Assembly: GCA_964016885.1 (NCBI GenBank) | Contig: OZ024749.1 | Location: 10,726,001-10,790,000 of the forward strand | DNA from: Eledone cirrhosa | Taxonomy: Eukaryota | Direction of reading: 5' to 3' | Length of the DNA stretch: 64,000 bases | Shown: piece after piece, positions 1 to 16,900 of the stretch | Layout: each line of letters starts with the position of its first letter | Numbering within the stretch: position 1 is the first letter of the stretch | The notes under the pieces: generated by a model | Database searches by the model: none | Told to the model about the DNA's origin: nothing | The model's input: only the letters and a program-made list of their open reading frames with translations | Translations under genes and position numbers: made by a program

Positions 1-1480
1 AATAATAATAATAATAATAATAAAAATAATGGTTTCATTTATTGGCCACAAGGGCCAACACAGAGGACAATGCAAAGACAGAGGCAGTAGGGGTTTTACA
101 CAAAAATCGAGTAAAAAATAGGAAAACAATAACAATAAACAAGAAAAATACAACAGTGAAAATTCCCCAATGGCGGGGATAACCACCCAGGGTTGATTCA
201 GGTACCCACCAATCCTGAACCAGCAGACGCTTCGAGGGCACCCAGGAAGAGCGCCCCTCTACTCCTCAAATTCACCAGCCTACAGGTGCATGATCAGAGT
301 AGGTCCACTTACACGGGGCATTCTTTCCACACTCACCCACCTTTCAGAATATAAACTGGGGGGCAGCACTTTTTTATCAACCCTCTGAAAAAGTTGCTGA
401 GGGATTGGCCTAAGAGAAAAGTGTCTTTCTTCAGTCCTTTCAACCTGGTCCACCATACAACCTCTTTTGCTACTGCCACCAGACAGAGGAAAATTGCCTG
501 CCCTTCCTGGCCAAAAGAAATCAACGGGTCGACCTTCACTATGGACTCGGCCGATAGCCGGTCCCCTTCAACACGTGACAATAGCTGTTCGACATAACTC
601 CACAAGTCAGTCATGCACGGACACTGGATGAGTGCGTGCAGAATGGTTTTGTCGCTCTGCACACATCTTGGGCAAGTCCATCTTACAGCACTTCGGTGCC
701 TGTAGAGTTTATCTCAAACCAGCAGTGCCCCCCAGTAGCACAGCCAAGCGAGGGATTTTTGGAAGTTATCCATCATCCACGGCTCAAAGGTCATCCGGAA
801 CAGACTGGTTAGTTTGATTTTGTCGACACCCAGTGCCTCTCTGAGTACGTTGTTGCACTTGCCCACCACTAATTCTCTATAGAACTTGAGAGTGGAAGTT
901 CCACTGACTGTAGTGCCTGCCTGGTAGAGGGTAGTGAGTGCCTGGTAACATTCCAGATGCTAGTCACCCAGTCTCGGTCTCTTCTTGACTCAGGACTCCA
1001 GCTCAGTCAAAGATACAAGCTGCGGAAACGCCCGCCTGACAAACGGCAATCACAACTGTTCGCCATTTAGGCAGAATACCTGGAGATACTGCAGCCTCAG
1101 CGCATGTTTGCGCATCATTAGCCATGGCATGCCCAGCCCTCTACATAGAAGGTGCTGGCAGCAGATGGACCGCCTCACCAACAGAACCTGTCCCTTCCAC
1201 AAGAGTTGCCAAGGTGTAGATGAGGGCAAGGCACAAGTGTCAGGTGGTAGTAGATGACAGATGCGATGTACGCATCATTTTCCACCTCCGCCTGACCTTT
1301 CAGTACTAGCTTCCTCGCAGCCCATTTCTGGGTGCGATTGGCTACCCTGATCATCACCTTATCCCAATTCTTATCCACCTGGAGGTCTGGTCTGAACCAA
1401 ACCCCAAGCAACTTTACCAGTCTGTCTGTCCAGCACCCAACGATGTTGTTGGACGACATGGACTTGCCTCTCCAGGTGCC
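1..1480 (-). mobile_element. Tx1/L1-clade LINE, 5'-truncated decayed ORF2 3' part plus 3' UTR and (TTA)n tail
   Basis: Minus ORFs give VKLLGVWF..NWDKV..KWAARKL..IASVIYYHL (post-RT region typical of Tx1/L1) and TILHALIQCPCMTDLWSYVEQLL (H-x4-C end of the C-terminal zinc knuckle). Frames are broken. (AAT)n at 1-30 lies at the element 3' end. Confidence 0.8.
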
Positions 1481-1600
1481 GACACAGCCTTTGTGTGTCC
1501 TGGTTCGAGCAGGAGGCTCTGCAACAGCTCCAGCTTCCGCAGTAGAAGCTCGAGAGTTAATACAAACAGAAGGGAGGAGAGAGGGCACCTTTGACGGACC

Positions 1601-3728
1601 AACACCACCACTACCACACTACCACACCACCACACTACCACACCAGCACACCACACCAGCACACCACCACCCCCACATCACACTACCACACCACCACACC
1701 ACCACACCACCACCACACTACCGCACCACCACACTACCACACCACCACACCACCACACTACACTACCACACTACCACCACACCACACCACCACCACATCA
1801 CCACACCACACTACCACACCACCACACCACCACACTACCACACGACCACACCACACCACACCACCACACCACCACACTACCACCACACCACACTATCACA
1901 CCACCACACCATCACGCCACCACACCACCACACTACCACCACACCACACGACCACACCACACCACCACCACATCACCACACCACACCACCACACCACACC
2001 ACCACACTACCACCACACCACACTACCACAACACCACACCACCACACTACCACACGACCACACCACCACACCACACCACCACACCACCACAACACCACAC
2101 CACCACACTACCACACCACCACACTACCACACCACCACACTACCACCACACCACACCACCACACCACCAAACCACCACACCACACCACACCATCACACCA
2201 CCACACCACCACCACACCACACCACAACACACCACACCACCACACCACCACACCACACCACCACACCACACCACCACACCACCACCACACCACACCGCCA
2301 CACCACCACACCACACTGCCACACCACACCACCACACCATCACGACCACACCATCACGACCACACCACACCACCACAACACACCACCACACCACACCACA
2401 CCAACACACCACCACACCAACACACCACCACACCACAACACACCACCACACCACACCACCACACCACCACCACACCACACCACACCACACCACCAAACCA
2501 CCACACCACACCACCACAGCATCACACCACACCACCACCACACCACACCACTACCACCACACCACCACCACACCACACCACCACACCACACCACACCACC
2601 ACCACCACACCACCACACCACCACCACACCACACCACCACACCACCACACCACCACACCACACCACACCACCACACCACACCACCACACCACCACGCCAC
2701 CACCACCACACCACCACACCACCACACCACACCACACCACCACACCACCACACCACACCACTACACCACCATACCACACCACACCACACCACGCCACACC
2801 ACACCAACACACCACCACACTACACTACCACACTACCACACCACACCACCACCACACTACCACCACCACACCACCACACCACACCACCACACCACACCAC
2901 CACACCACACCACCACACCACCACACACCACACCACGCCACACAACAACACACCACCACACCACACCACCACACCACACCACCACAACACACCACCACAC
3001 CACACCACCACCACACCACACCACACCACCACCACACCACCACACCACCACACTACCACCACCACACTACCACCACCACACCACACCACACCACCACAAC
3101 ACACCACCACAACACACCACACCACACCACACCACCACACCACACCACCACAACACACCACCACACACCACCACACCACACCACCACACCACACCACCAC
3201 ACCACACCACACCACCACACACCACCACACCACACCACCACACCACACCACCACACCACACCACACCACACCACACCACACCACCACAACACACCACCAC
3301 AACACACCACACCACCACACACCACCACACCACACCACACCACCACACACCACCACACCACACCACCACACCACACCACCACACCACACCACACCACACC
3401 ACACCACACCACCACAACACACCACCACCACCACCACACCACCACACCACCACCACACCACACCACCACACCACCACACCACCACACCACACCACACCAC
3501 CACACCACACCACCACAACACACCACCACACACCACCACACCACACCACCACACCACACCACCACACCACACCACACCACACCACACCACACCACCACAA
3601 CACACCACCACAACACACCACACCACCACACACCACCACACCACACCACCACACCACACCACACGACCACACCACACCACACCACCACAACACACCACCA
3701 CACCACACCACCACACCACCGCACCACA
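1601..3728. repeat. Compound (CAC)n/(CACAC)n microsatellite, ~2.1 kb
   Basis: Almost only C and A; mixed ACC and ACACC units. Confidence 0.97.
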
Positions 3729-3859
3729 ATATAAACATTGTTGTTTTAACCAACAATTCTATCTAAAAACCAGATTTGCTAAATATCTATCAAGGAATTT
3801 TGAAAATCCAACTTTTCTTTTATCCTCCGCCTCCTCCATCTTCTTCTCCACCCATTGTT

Positions 3860-4400
3860 TTTCTTTTTCATCTTTGTCTTATTCTTCCCTCCACCTCCAA
3901 CTCTCCTTCCTCCACCCTCTCTCCCACCATCACCACCTCCCTCTCTCCCACCACCAACACCTCCAATTCTCTCAACTTTTTCCTTCTACCCCACTCTCTC
4001 CACTCACTCCCCCTCCACTCACCACTCCCCACTCTCTCTCCACTCACCACTCCCTCTACTCACTCTCCACTCACCACTCCCCACTCTCTCTCCACTCACC
4101 ACTCTCCCTCTACTCACTCTCCACTCTCTCTACTCTCTCTACTCTCCCCACACTCCCCTCTTTCCCCACTCTCCACTCCCCACTCTCTCTACTCTCCCCA
4201 CACTCCCCTCTTTCCCCACTCTCTACTCTCCCCACACTCCCCTCTTTCTCCACTCTCCACTGTCTCCATACTCTCCACTCCCCACTGTCCCCACTCTCTC
4301 CTCTCTATTCAGTCTCCTCCCCACTCTTTCCAATCTCTCCTCTCTTCACTCTCTCTCCCTCCCACCCCACCAAACACCCTCCCACACTCTCTCCTCTTTC
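3860..4400. repeat. Pyrimidine-rich low-complexity repeat (CCACTCTC-like)
   Basis: Recurrent ccactctc, ctactctc and ctccccacactcccctctttc motifs. Confidence 0.85.
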
Positions 4401-4769
4401 TCCATATGAAATATCAATAGCTGCACTAGTGCAACAATTTTTCAATAACTTTTAAACTTGCTTTTAATCTCTGTCTGCTTTACTTCCCTCCTTTTGTGTG
4501 GAGTCACATGACTTAATATGGAACCAATTATATATCCTTACCACCCCCCCCCTACACACATATATATCCTTACCTCCCACCATCCCATCACATATATATA
4601 TATCCTTACCCCCTCACCACACATATATCTCCTAACACTCACCCCCCTCTCCACTCAACTCCCCCTTCCACTACCCACTCTCTCCACCCTCACCCCCTTC
4701 AACTCCCCACTCTCTCCACCCTCACCCCCACTCCCCACTCTCTCCTCTCTTCACTCTCTCCCCTCTCCA

Positions 4770-7700
4770 CTCCTCACACACCACCATATATATATCACTT
4801 ACCACACCACCACCATATATATATCACTTACCACACCACCACCATATATATATCCTTACCACACCACCACCATATATATATCCTTACCACACCACCACCA
4901 TATATATATCCTTACCACACCACCAAACATATATATCCTTACCACATATATATATCCTTACCAGATCACCACCACGTATATATATCCTTACCACACCACC
5001 ACCATATGTATATCCTTACCACACCACCACATATATATATCCTTACCACACCACCACATATATATATCACTTACCACACCACCACCATATATATATCCTT
5101 ACCACACCACCACATATATATATCCTTACCACACCACCACACATATATATATCCTTACCACACCACCACACATACATATCCTTACCACAACACCACCACG
5201 TATATATATCCTTACCACACCACCACCATATATATATCCTTACCACACCACCACACATATATATATCCTTACCACACCACCACCACATATATATATATCC
5301 TTACCACACCACCACCACATATATATATATCCTTACCACACCACCACACATATATATATCCTTACCACACCACCACCACATATATATATATCCTTACCAC
5401 ACCACCACACATATATATCCTTACCACACCACCACATATAGATATCCTTACCACACCACCACACATATATATCCTTACCACACCACCACCACATATATAT
5501 ATCCTTACCACACCACCACATATATATATCCTTACCACACCACCACACATATATATCCTTACCACACCACCACATATATATATCCTTACCACACCACCAC
5601 ATATATATCCTTACCACACCACCACCACATATATATATCCTTACCACACCACCACCATATATATATCCTTACCACACCACCACAATATATATATCCTTAC
5701 CACACCACCACGTATATATATCCTTACCACACCACCATATATATCTCCTTACCACACCACCACGTATATATATCTTTACCACACCACCAGCATATATATA
5801 TCCTTACCACACCACCACATATATATATCCTTACCACACCACCACATATATATATCCTTACCACACCACCACATATATATATCACTTACCACACCACCAC
5901 CATATATATATCCTTACCACACCACCACATATATATATCACTTACCACACCACCACATATATATATCCTTACCACACCACCACAATATATATATCCTTAC
6001 CACACCACCACCAAACATATATATCCTTACCACACCACCAAACATATATATCCTTACCACACCACCACAATATATATATCCTTACCACACCACCACAATA
6101 TATATATCCTTACCACACCACCACAATATATATATCCTTACCACACCACCACAATATATATATCCTTACCACACCACCACAATATATATATCCTTACCAC
6201 ACCACCACAATATATATATCCTTACCACACCACCATATATATATCCTTACCACACCACAATATATATATCCTTACCACACCACAATATATATATCCTTAC
6301 CACACCACCACATATATATATCCTTACCACACCACCACATATATATATCCTTACCACACCACCATATATATCCTTACCACACCACCACACATATATATAT
6401 CCTTACCACACCACAATATATATATCCTTACCACACCACAATATATATATCCTTACCACACCACCACATATATATATCCTTACCACAGCACCACCACGTA
6501 TATATATCCTTACCACACCACCACAATATATATATCCTTACCACACCACCACCACATATATATATCCTTACCACACCACACATATATATCCTTACCACAC
6601 CACCACATATATATATATCCTTACCACACCACCACATATATATATCCTTACCACACCACCACATATATATATCCTTACCACACCACCACATATATATATC
6701 CTTACCACACCACCACATATATATATCCTTACCACACCACCACCACCACATATATATATCCTTACCACACCACCACCACCACATATATATATCCTTACCA
6801 CACCACACATATATATCCTTACCACACCACCGCATATATATATCCTTACCACACCACCACATATATATATATCCTTACCACACCACCACCACATATATAT
6901 CCTTACCACACCACACATATATATCCTTACCACACCACCACATATATATATATCCTTACCACATATATATATCCTTACCACACCACACATATATATCCTT
7001 ACCACACCACCACACATATATATATCCTTACCACACCACCACCACATATATATATCCTTACCACACCACCACACATATATATATCCTTACCACACCACCA
7101 CCACATATATATATCCTTACCACACCACCACACATATATATATCCTTACCACACCACACATATATATCCTTACCACACCACCACACATATATATCCTTAC
7201 CACACCACCACACATATATATCCTTACCACACCACCAAACATTTATAACGTTACCACACCACCACATATATATATCCTTACCACACCACCACATATATAT
7301 ATCCTTACCACACCACCACATATATATATCCTTACCACACCACCACATATATATCCTTACCACACCACCACACATATATATCCTTACCACAGCACCACAC
7401 ATATATCCTTACCACACCACCATATATATATCCTTACCACAGCACCACATATATATATCCTTACCACACCACCACCACGTATATATATCCTTACCACACC
7501 ACCACATATATATATCCTTACCACACCACCACATATATATATATCCTTACCACACCACCATATATATATCCTTACCACACCACCAAACATTTATAACCTT
7601 ACCACACCACCACATATATATATCCTTACCACACCACCACACATATATATCCTTACCACACCACCACACATATATATCCTTACCACACCACCATATATAT

Positions 7701-7920
7701 ATCCTTACCACACCACCACCACGTATATATATCCTTACCACACCACCACATATATATATATCCGTACACCCCCACCCACCCACATATATATCCTTACCCC
7801 CCACCCCCACCCACACACACGCATATACCCCCACCATCACCAACACCACACACATATATATCCTTACCTCCCACCACACATATACACCATATATCCTTAC
7901 TCCTCCCCCCACCACCATCA
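4770..7920. repeat. ~25-30 bp minisatellite CCTTACCACACCACCACATATATATAT with variable CAC and AT counts
   Basis: Roughly 100 tandem units, each anchored by ccttaccac. Confidence 0.97.
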
Positions 7921-7998
7921 CACATTGATTTATGTAATGGTAGAGTTTTTTTATTTATTTCTCTTTCCTTATAGTTTTTAACAGCATCCACTAATCAA

Positions 7999-10900
7999 TG
8001 GTATGTAGTGTATATGTGGTGTACATGTGGTGTACATGTGGTGTACATGTGGTGTACATGTGGTGTATATGTGGTGTATATGTGGTGTACATGTGGTGTA
8101 TATGTGGTGTATATATGGTGTATATGTGGTGTATATGTGGTGTATATGTGGTGTATATATGGTGCATATGTGGTGTATATATAGTGTATGTGTGGTGTAT
8201 ATATGGGGTATATGTGGTGTATATGTGGTGTATATGTGGTGTACATGTGGTGTATATGTGGTGTATATGTAGTGTATATGTGGTGTATATGTAGTGTATA
8301 TGTGGTGTATATGTGGTGTATATGTGGTGTACATGTGGTGTATATATGGTGTATATGTAGTGTATATGTGGTGTATATGTGGTGTATATGTGGTGTATAT
8401 GTGGTGTATATGTGGTGTATATATGGTGTATATGTGGTGTATATATGGTGTATATGTAGTGTATATGTGGTGTATATGTGGTGTATATGTGGTGTATATG
8501 TGGTGTATATGTGGTGTATATGTGGTGTATATATGCTGTATATGTGGTGTATATGTGGTGTATATGTGGTGTATATATGCTGTATATGTGGTGTATATGT
8601 GGTGTATATGTGGTGTATATGTGGTGTATATATAGTGTATATGTGGTGTATATGTGGTGTATATGTGGTTATATGTGGTGTATATATGGTGCATATGTGG
8701 TGTATATATGCTGTATATGTGGTGTATATATAGTGTATATGTGGTGTATATATGCTGTATATGTGGTGTATATGTGCTGTATATATGGTGTATATGTGGT
8801 TATATGTGGTGTATATGTGCTGTATATGTTGTGTATATGTGGTGTATATATGCTGTATATGTGGTGTATATATAGTGTATATGTGGTGTATATATGGGGT
8901 ATATGTGGTGTATATGTGGTGCATATGTGCTGTATATATGGTGTATATGTGATTATATGTTGCGTATATGTGGTGTATATGTGGTGTATATGTGATTATA
9001 TGTTGTGTATATGTGGTGTATATGTGGTGTATATATGCTGTATATGTAGTGTATATATAGTGTATATGTGGTGTATATATGGGGTATATGTGGTGTATAT
9101 GTGGTGTATATATGGTGTATATGTAGTGTATATGTGGTGTATGTGGTGTATATGTGGTGTATATGTGGTGTATATATGCTGTATATCTGCTGTATATATG
9201 GTGTATATGTGGTGTATATGTGGTGTATATGTGGTGTATATGATGTGTATATATGGTGTATATGTGGTGTATATATGGTGTATATGTGGTGTATATGTGG
9301 TGTATATGTGGTGTATATGTGGTGTTTATGTGATGTATATGGGGTGTATATGTGGTGTATATATGGTGTATATGTGGTGTATTTATAGTGTATATGTGGT
9401 GTATATGTGGTGTATATATGCTGCATATGTGGTGTATATGTGCTGTATATGTGGTGTATATGTGGTGTATATATGCTGTATATGTGGTGTATATATGCTG
9501 TATGTGTGGTGTATATGTGGTGTATATATGCTGTATATGTGGTGTATATATGGTGTATATGTGGTGTATATATGCTGCATATGTGGTGTATATATGCTGT
9601 ATATGTGGTGTATACGTGGTGTATATATGCTGTATATGTGGTGTATATATGGTGTATATGTGGTGTATATATGGTATATATGTGATGTATATATGCTGCA
9701 TATGTGGTGTATATGTTGTGTATATGTGGTGTATATGTGGTGTATATATGGTGTATATGTGGTGTATATGTGGTGTATATGTGGTGTATATGTGGTGTAT
9801 ATATGCTGCATATGTGGTGTATATATGCTGTATATGTGGTGTATATGTGGTGTATACGTGGTGTTTATATGCTGTATATGTGGTGTATATATGGTGTATA
9901 TGTGGTGTATATATGGTATATATGTGGTGTATATATGCTGCATATGCGGTGTATTGTGCTGTATATGTGGTGTATATATGCTGTATATGTGGTGTATATA
10001 TGCTGTATATGTGGTGTATATGTTGTGTATATGTGGTGTATATATGCTGTATATGTGGTGTATATATGGTGTATATGTGCTGTATATGTGGTGTATATGT
10101 GGTGTATATATGGTGTATATGTGGTGTATATGTGGTGTATATATGGTGTATATATGGTGTATATATGCTGTATATATGGTGTATATGTGGTGTATATGTG
10201 GTGTATATATGGTGTATATATGGTGTATATATGCGGTATATGTGGTGTGTATGTGGTGTATACGTGGTGTATATATGGTGTATATGTGGTGTATATATGG
10301 TGTATATATGGTGTATATGTGGTGTATATGTTGTGTATATAGTGCATATGTGGTGTATATATGCTGTATATGTGGTGTATATGTGGTGTATATATGGTGT
10401 ATATGTGGTTATATGTAGTGTATATGTGGTGTATATGTGGTGTATATGTGGTGTATATATGGTGTATATGTGGTGTATATATGGTGTATATGTGGTGTAT
10501 ATATGGTGTATATATGGTGTATATGTTGTGTATATGTGGTGTATATGTGGTGTAAATGTGGTGTATACGTGGTGTATATGTGGTGTATATATGGTGTATA
10601 TGTGGTGTATATGTGGTGTATATATGCTGTATATGTGGTGTATATGTGGTGTATATATGGTGTATATGTGGTTTATATATGGTGTATATGTGGTGTATAT
10701 ATGGTGTATATGTAGTGTATATATGGTGTATATGTGGTGTATATGTGGTGTATATGTGGTGTATATAAGGTGTATATATGGTGTATACGTAGTATATATA
10801 TGGTGTATATGTGGTGTATATGTGGTGTATATGTGGTGTATATGTTGTGTATATGTTGTGTATATGTGGTGTATATGTGGTGTATATGTGGTGTATACGT

Positions 10901-13900
10901 GGTGTATATGTGGTGTATATGTTGTGTATATGTGGTGTATATGTGGTGTATATATGCTGTATATGTTGTGTATATGTGGTGTATATATGGTGTATATGTG
11001 GTGTATATATGGTGTATATGTGGTGTATATATGGTGTATATGTGGTGTATGTGCTGTATATGTGCTGTATATGTGGTGTATATGTTGTGTATATGTGGTG
11101 TATATATGGTGTATATGTGGTGTATACGTGGTGTATATGTGGTGTATATGTTGTGTATATGTGGTGTATATGTGGTGTATATATGCTGTATATGTAGTGT
11201 ATATGTGGTGTATATATGGTGTATATGTGGTGTATATGTGGTGTTTATGTGATGTATATGTGGTGTATATGTGGTGTATATATGGTGTACATGTGCTGTA
11301 TATATGGTGTATATGTGGTGTATATATGCTGCATATGTGGTGTATATGTGTGTATATGTGGTGTATATATGCTGTATATGTGGTGTATATATGCTGTATA
11401 TGTGGAGTATATGTGGTGTATATGTGGTGTATATGTGGTGTATATATGGTGTATATGTGGTGTATATATTGTGTATATGTGGTGTATATATGCTGCATAT
11501 GTGGTGTATATATGCTGTATATGTGGTGTATATGTGGTGTATACGTGGTGTATACGTGGTGTATATATGCTGTATATGTGGTGTATATATGGTGTATATG
11601 TAGTGTATATATGGTGTATATGTGGTGTATATGTGGTGTATATGTGGTGTATATATGGTGTATATATGGTGTATATGTGGTGTATATATGGTGTATATGT
11701 GGTGTATACGTGGTGTATATGTGGTGTATATGTTGTGTATATGTGGTGTATATGTGGTGTATATGTGGTGTATACGTGGTGTATATGTGGTGTATATGTT
11801 GTGTATATGTGGTGTATATGTGGTGTATATATGCTGTATATGTTGTGTATATGTGGTGTATATATGGTGTATATGTGGTGTATATATGGTGTATATGTGG
11901 TGTATATATGGTGTATATGTGGTGTATGTGCTGTATATGTGCTGTATATGTGGTGTATATGTTGTGTATATGTGGTGTATATATGGTGTATATGTGGTGT
12001 ATACGTGGTGTATATGAGGTGTATATGTTGTGTATATGTGGTGTATATGTGGTGTATATATGCTGTATATGTAGTGTATATGTGGTGTATATATGGTGTA
12101 TATGTGGTGTATATGTGGTGTTTATGTGATGTATATGTGGTGTATATGTGGTGTATATATGGTGTACATGTGCTGTATATATGGTGTATATGTGGTGTAT
12201 ATATGCTGCATATGTGGTGTATATGTGTGTATATGTGGTGTATATATGCTGTATATGTGGTGTATATATGCTGTATATGTGGTGTATATGTGGTGTATAT
12301 GTGGTGTATATGTGGTGTATATATGGTGTATATGTGGTGTATATATTGTGTATATGTGGTGTATATATGCTGCATATGTGGTGTATATATGCTGTATATG
12401 TGGTGTATATGTGGTGTATACGTGGTGTATACGTGGTGTATATATGCTGTATATGTGGTGTATATATGGTGTATATGTGGTGTATATATGGTATATATGT
12501 GGTGTATATATGCTGCATATGCTGTGTATATGTGGTGTATATGTGGTGTATATATGGTGTATATGTGGTGTATATATGGTATATATGTGGTGTATATATG
12601 CTGCATATGATGTGTATATGTGATGTATATGTGGTATATTTGTGGTGTATATGTGGTGTATATGTGGTGTATATGTGGTGTATATATGGTGTATATGTGG
12701 TGTATATGTGGTGTATATGTCGTGTATATGTGATGTATATCTGGTGTATATGTGGTGTATATATGCTGTATATATGGTGTATATATGGTGTATATGTGGT
12801 GTATATATGCTGCATATGTGGTGTATATGCGGTGTATATATGCTGTATATGTGGTGTATATGTGGTGTAATGTGGTGTATATATGGTGTATATGTGGTGT
12901 ATATATGGTGTATATGTGGTGTATATATGCTGCATATGTGGTGTATATATGCTGTATATGTGGTGTATATATGGTGTATATATGGTGTATATGTGGTGTA
13001 TATATGCTGCATATGTGGTGTATATATGCTGCATATGTGGTGTATATGTGCTGTATATGTGGTGTATATATGCTGTATATGTGGTGTATATATGCTGTAT
13101 ATGTGGTGTATATGTGGTGAATATGTGGTGTATATGTGGTGTATATGTGGTGTATATATGGTGTATATGTGGTGTATATATGGTGTATATGTAGTGTATA
13201 TATGGTGTATATGTGGTGTATATATGCTGTATATGTGGTGTATATGTGGTGTATATAATCTGTATATGTGGTGTATATATGGTGTATATATGCTGTATAT
13301 GTGGTGTATATATGGTGTATATGTGCTGTATATGTGGTGTATATGTGGTGTATATGTGGTGTATATATGGTGTATATGTGGTGTATATATGCTGTATATA
13401 TTGTGTATATATGGTGTATATGTGGTGTATATATGCTGCATATGTGGTGTATATGTGCTGTATATGTGGTGTATATATGCTGTATATGTGGTGTATATAT
13501 GCTGTATATGTGGCGTATATGTGGTGTATATGTGGTGTATATATGGTGTATATATGGTGTATATGTGGTGTATATATGGAGTATATGTAGTGTATATATG
13601 GTGTATATGTGGTGTATATATGCTGTATATGTGGTGTATATATGGTGTATATATGGTGTATATATGGTGTATATGTGGTGTATATATGGTGTATATGTAG
13701 TGTATATATGGTGTATATGTGGTGTATATGTGGTGTATATATGCTGTATATGTGGTGTATATGTGGTGTATATGTGGTGTATATATGGTGTATATATGCT
13801 GTATATGTGGTGTATATATGGTGTATATGTGCTGTATATGTGGTGTATATGTAGTCTATATGTGGTGTATATATGATGTATATGTGGTGTATATATGGTG

Positions 13901-16900
13901 TATATGTGGTGTATATATGGTGTATATGTGCTGTATATGTGGTGTATATGTGCTGTATATGTGCTGTATATGTGGTGTATATATGGTGTATATGTTGTGT
14001 ATATGTGGTGTATATGTGGTGTATATGTGGTGTATATATGGTGTATATGTGGTGTATATATGCTGCATATGTGGTGTATATATGCTGTATATGTGGTGTA
14101 TTTGTTGTGTATATGTGGTGTATATATGGTGTATATGTGGTGTATATATGGTGTATATGTGCTGTATATGTGGTGTATATGTGCTGTATATGTGCTGTAT
14201 ATGTGGTGTATATATGGTGTATATGTGCTGTATATGTGGTGTATATGTGCTGTATATGTGGTGTATATGTGGTGTATATATGGTGTATTTGTTGTGTATA
14301 TGTGGTGTATATGTGGTGTATATGTGGTGTATATGTGGTGTATATGTGGTGTATATATGGTGTATATGTGGTGTATATATGGTGTATATGTGGTGTATAT
14401 GTGGTGTATATATGGTGTATATGTGGTGTATGTGCTGTATATGTGCTGTATATGTGGTGTATATGTTGTGTATATGTGGTGTATATATGGTGTATATGTG
14501 GTGTATACGTGGTGTATATGTGGTGTATATGTTGTGTATATGTGGTGTATATGTGGTGTATATATGCTGTATATATGGTGTATATGTGCTGTATATGTGG
14601 TGTATATGTAGTGTATATGTGGTGTATATATGGTGTATATGTGGTGTATATATGGTGTATATGTGGTGTATATATGGTGTATATGTGGTGTATATATGGT
14701 GTATATGTGCTGTATATGTGGTGTATATGTGCTGTATATGTGCTGTATATGTGGTGTATATATGGTGTATATATGCTGTATATGTGGTGTATATATGGTG
14801 TATATGTGCTGTATATGTGGTGTATATGTAGTGTATATGTGGTGTATATATGGTGTATATGTGGTGTATATGTGGTGTTTATGTGATGTATTTGTGGTGT
14901 ATATGTGGTGTATATATGGTGTACATGTGCTGTATATATGGTGTATATGTGGTGTATATATGCTGCATATGTGGTGTATATATGCTGTATATGTGGTGTA
15001 TATATGCTGTATATGTGGTGTATATGTGGTGTATATATGCTGTATATGTGGTGTATATGTGGTGTATATATGGTGTATATGTGGTGTATATATTGTGTAT
15101 ATGTGGTGTATATATGCTGCATATGTGGTGTATATATGCTGTATATGTGGTGTATATGTGGTGTATACGTGGTGTATACGTGGTGTATATATGCTGTATA
15201 TGTGGTGTATATATGGTGTATATGTGGTGTATATATGGTATATATGTGGTGTATATATGCTGCATATGCTGTGTATATGTGGTGTATATGTGGTGTATAT
15301 ATGGTGTATATGTGGTGTATATATGGTATATATGTGGTGTATATATGCTGCATATGCTGTGTATATGTGATGTATATGTGGTGTATATGTCGTGTATATG
15401 TGATGTATATCTGGTGTATATGTGGTGTATATATGCTGTATATATGGTGTATATATGGTGTATATGTGGTGTATATATGCTGCATATGTGGTGTATATGC
15501 GGTGTATATATGCTGTATATGTGGTGTATATGTGGTGTAATGTGGTGTATATATGGTGTGTATGTGGTGTATATATGGTGTATATGTGGTGTATATATGC
15601 TGCATATGTGGTGTATATATGCTGCATATGTGGTGTATACGTGGTGTATATATGCTGCATATGTGGTGTATATATGCTGCATATGTGGTGTATATGTGCT
15701 GTATATGTGGTGTATATATGCTGTATATGTGGTGTATATATGCTGTATATGTGGTGTATATGTGGTGTATATGTGGTGTATATGTGGTGTATATGTGGTG
15801 TATATATGGTGTATATGTGGTGTATATATGGTGTATATGTGGTGTATATATGCTGTATATGTGGTGTATATGTGGTGTATATATGGTGTATATGTAGTGT
15901 ATATATGGTGTATATGTGGTGTATATATGCTGTATATGTGGTGTATATATGGTGTATATATGGTGTATATATGGTGTATATGTGGTGTATATATGGTGTA
16001 TATGTGGTGTATATGTGGTGTATATATGCTGTATATGTGGTGTATATGTGGTGTATATAATCTGTATATGTGGTGTATATATGGTGTATATATGCTGTAT
16101 ATGTGGTGTATATATGGTGTATATGTGCTGTATATGTGGTGTATATGTGGTGTATATGTGGTGTATATATGGTGTATATGTGGTGTATATATGCTGTATA
16201 TATTGTGTATATATGGTGTATATGTGGTGTATATATGCTGCATATGTGGTGTATATGTGCTGTATATGTGGTGTATATATGCTGTATATGTGGTGTATAT
16301 ATGCTGTATATGTGGCGTATATGTGGTGTATATGTGGTGTATATGTGGTGTATATATGGTGTATATGTGGTGTATATATGGTGTATATGTAGTGTATATA
16401 TGGTGTATATGTGGTGTATATATGCTGTATATGTGGTGTATATATAGTGTATATATGGTGTATATATGGTGTATATGTGGTGTATATATGGTGTATATGT
16501 AGTGTATATATGGTGTATATGTGGTGTATATGTGGTGTATATATGCTGTATATGTGGTGTATATAATCTGTATATGTGGTGTATATATGGTGTATATATG
16601 CTGTATATGTGGTGTATATATGGTGTATATGTGCTGTATATGTGGTGTATATGTAGTGTATATGTGGTGTATATATGGTGTATATGTGGTGTATATATGG
16701 TGTATATGTGGTGCATATATGGTGTGTATGTGCTGTATATGTGGTGTATATGTGCTGTATATGTGCTGTATATGTGGTGTATATATGGTGTATATGTTGT
16801 GTATATGTGGTGTATATGTGGTGTATATGTGGTGTATATATGGTGTATATGTGGTGTATATATGCTGCATATGTGGTGTATATATGCTGTATATGTGGTG

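Noticed and set aside
1332-7981. His/Thr/Pro-rich ORFs of 800-990 aa
   Set aside because: Microsatellite and minisatellite translations with frequent non-triplet slippage.
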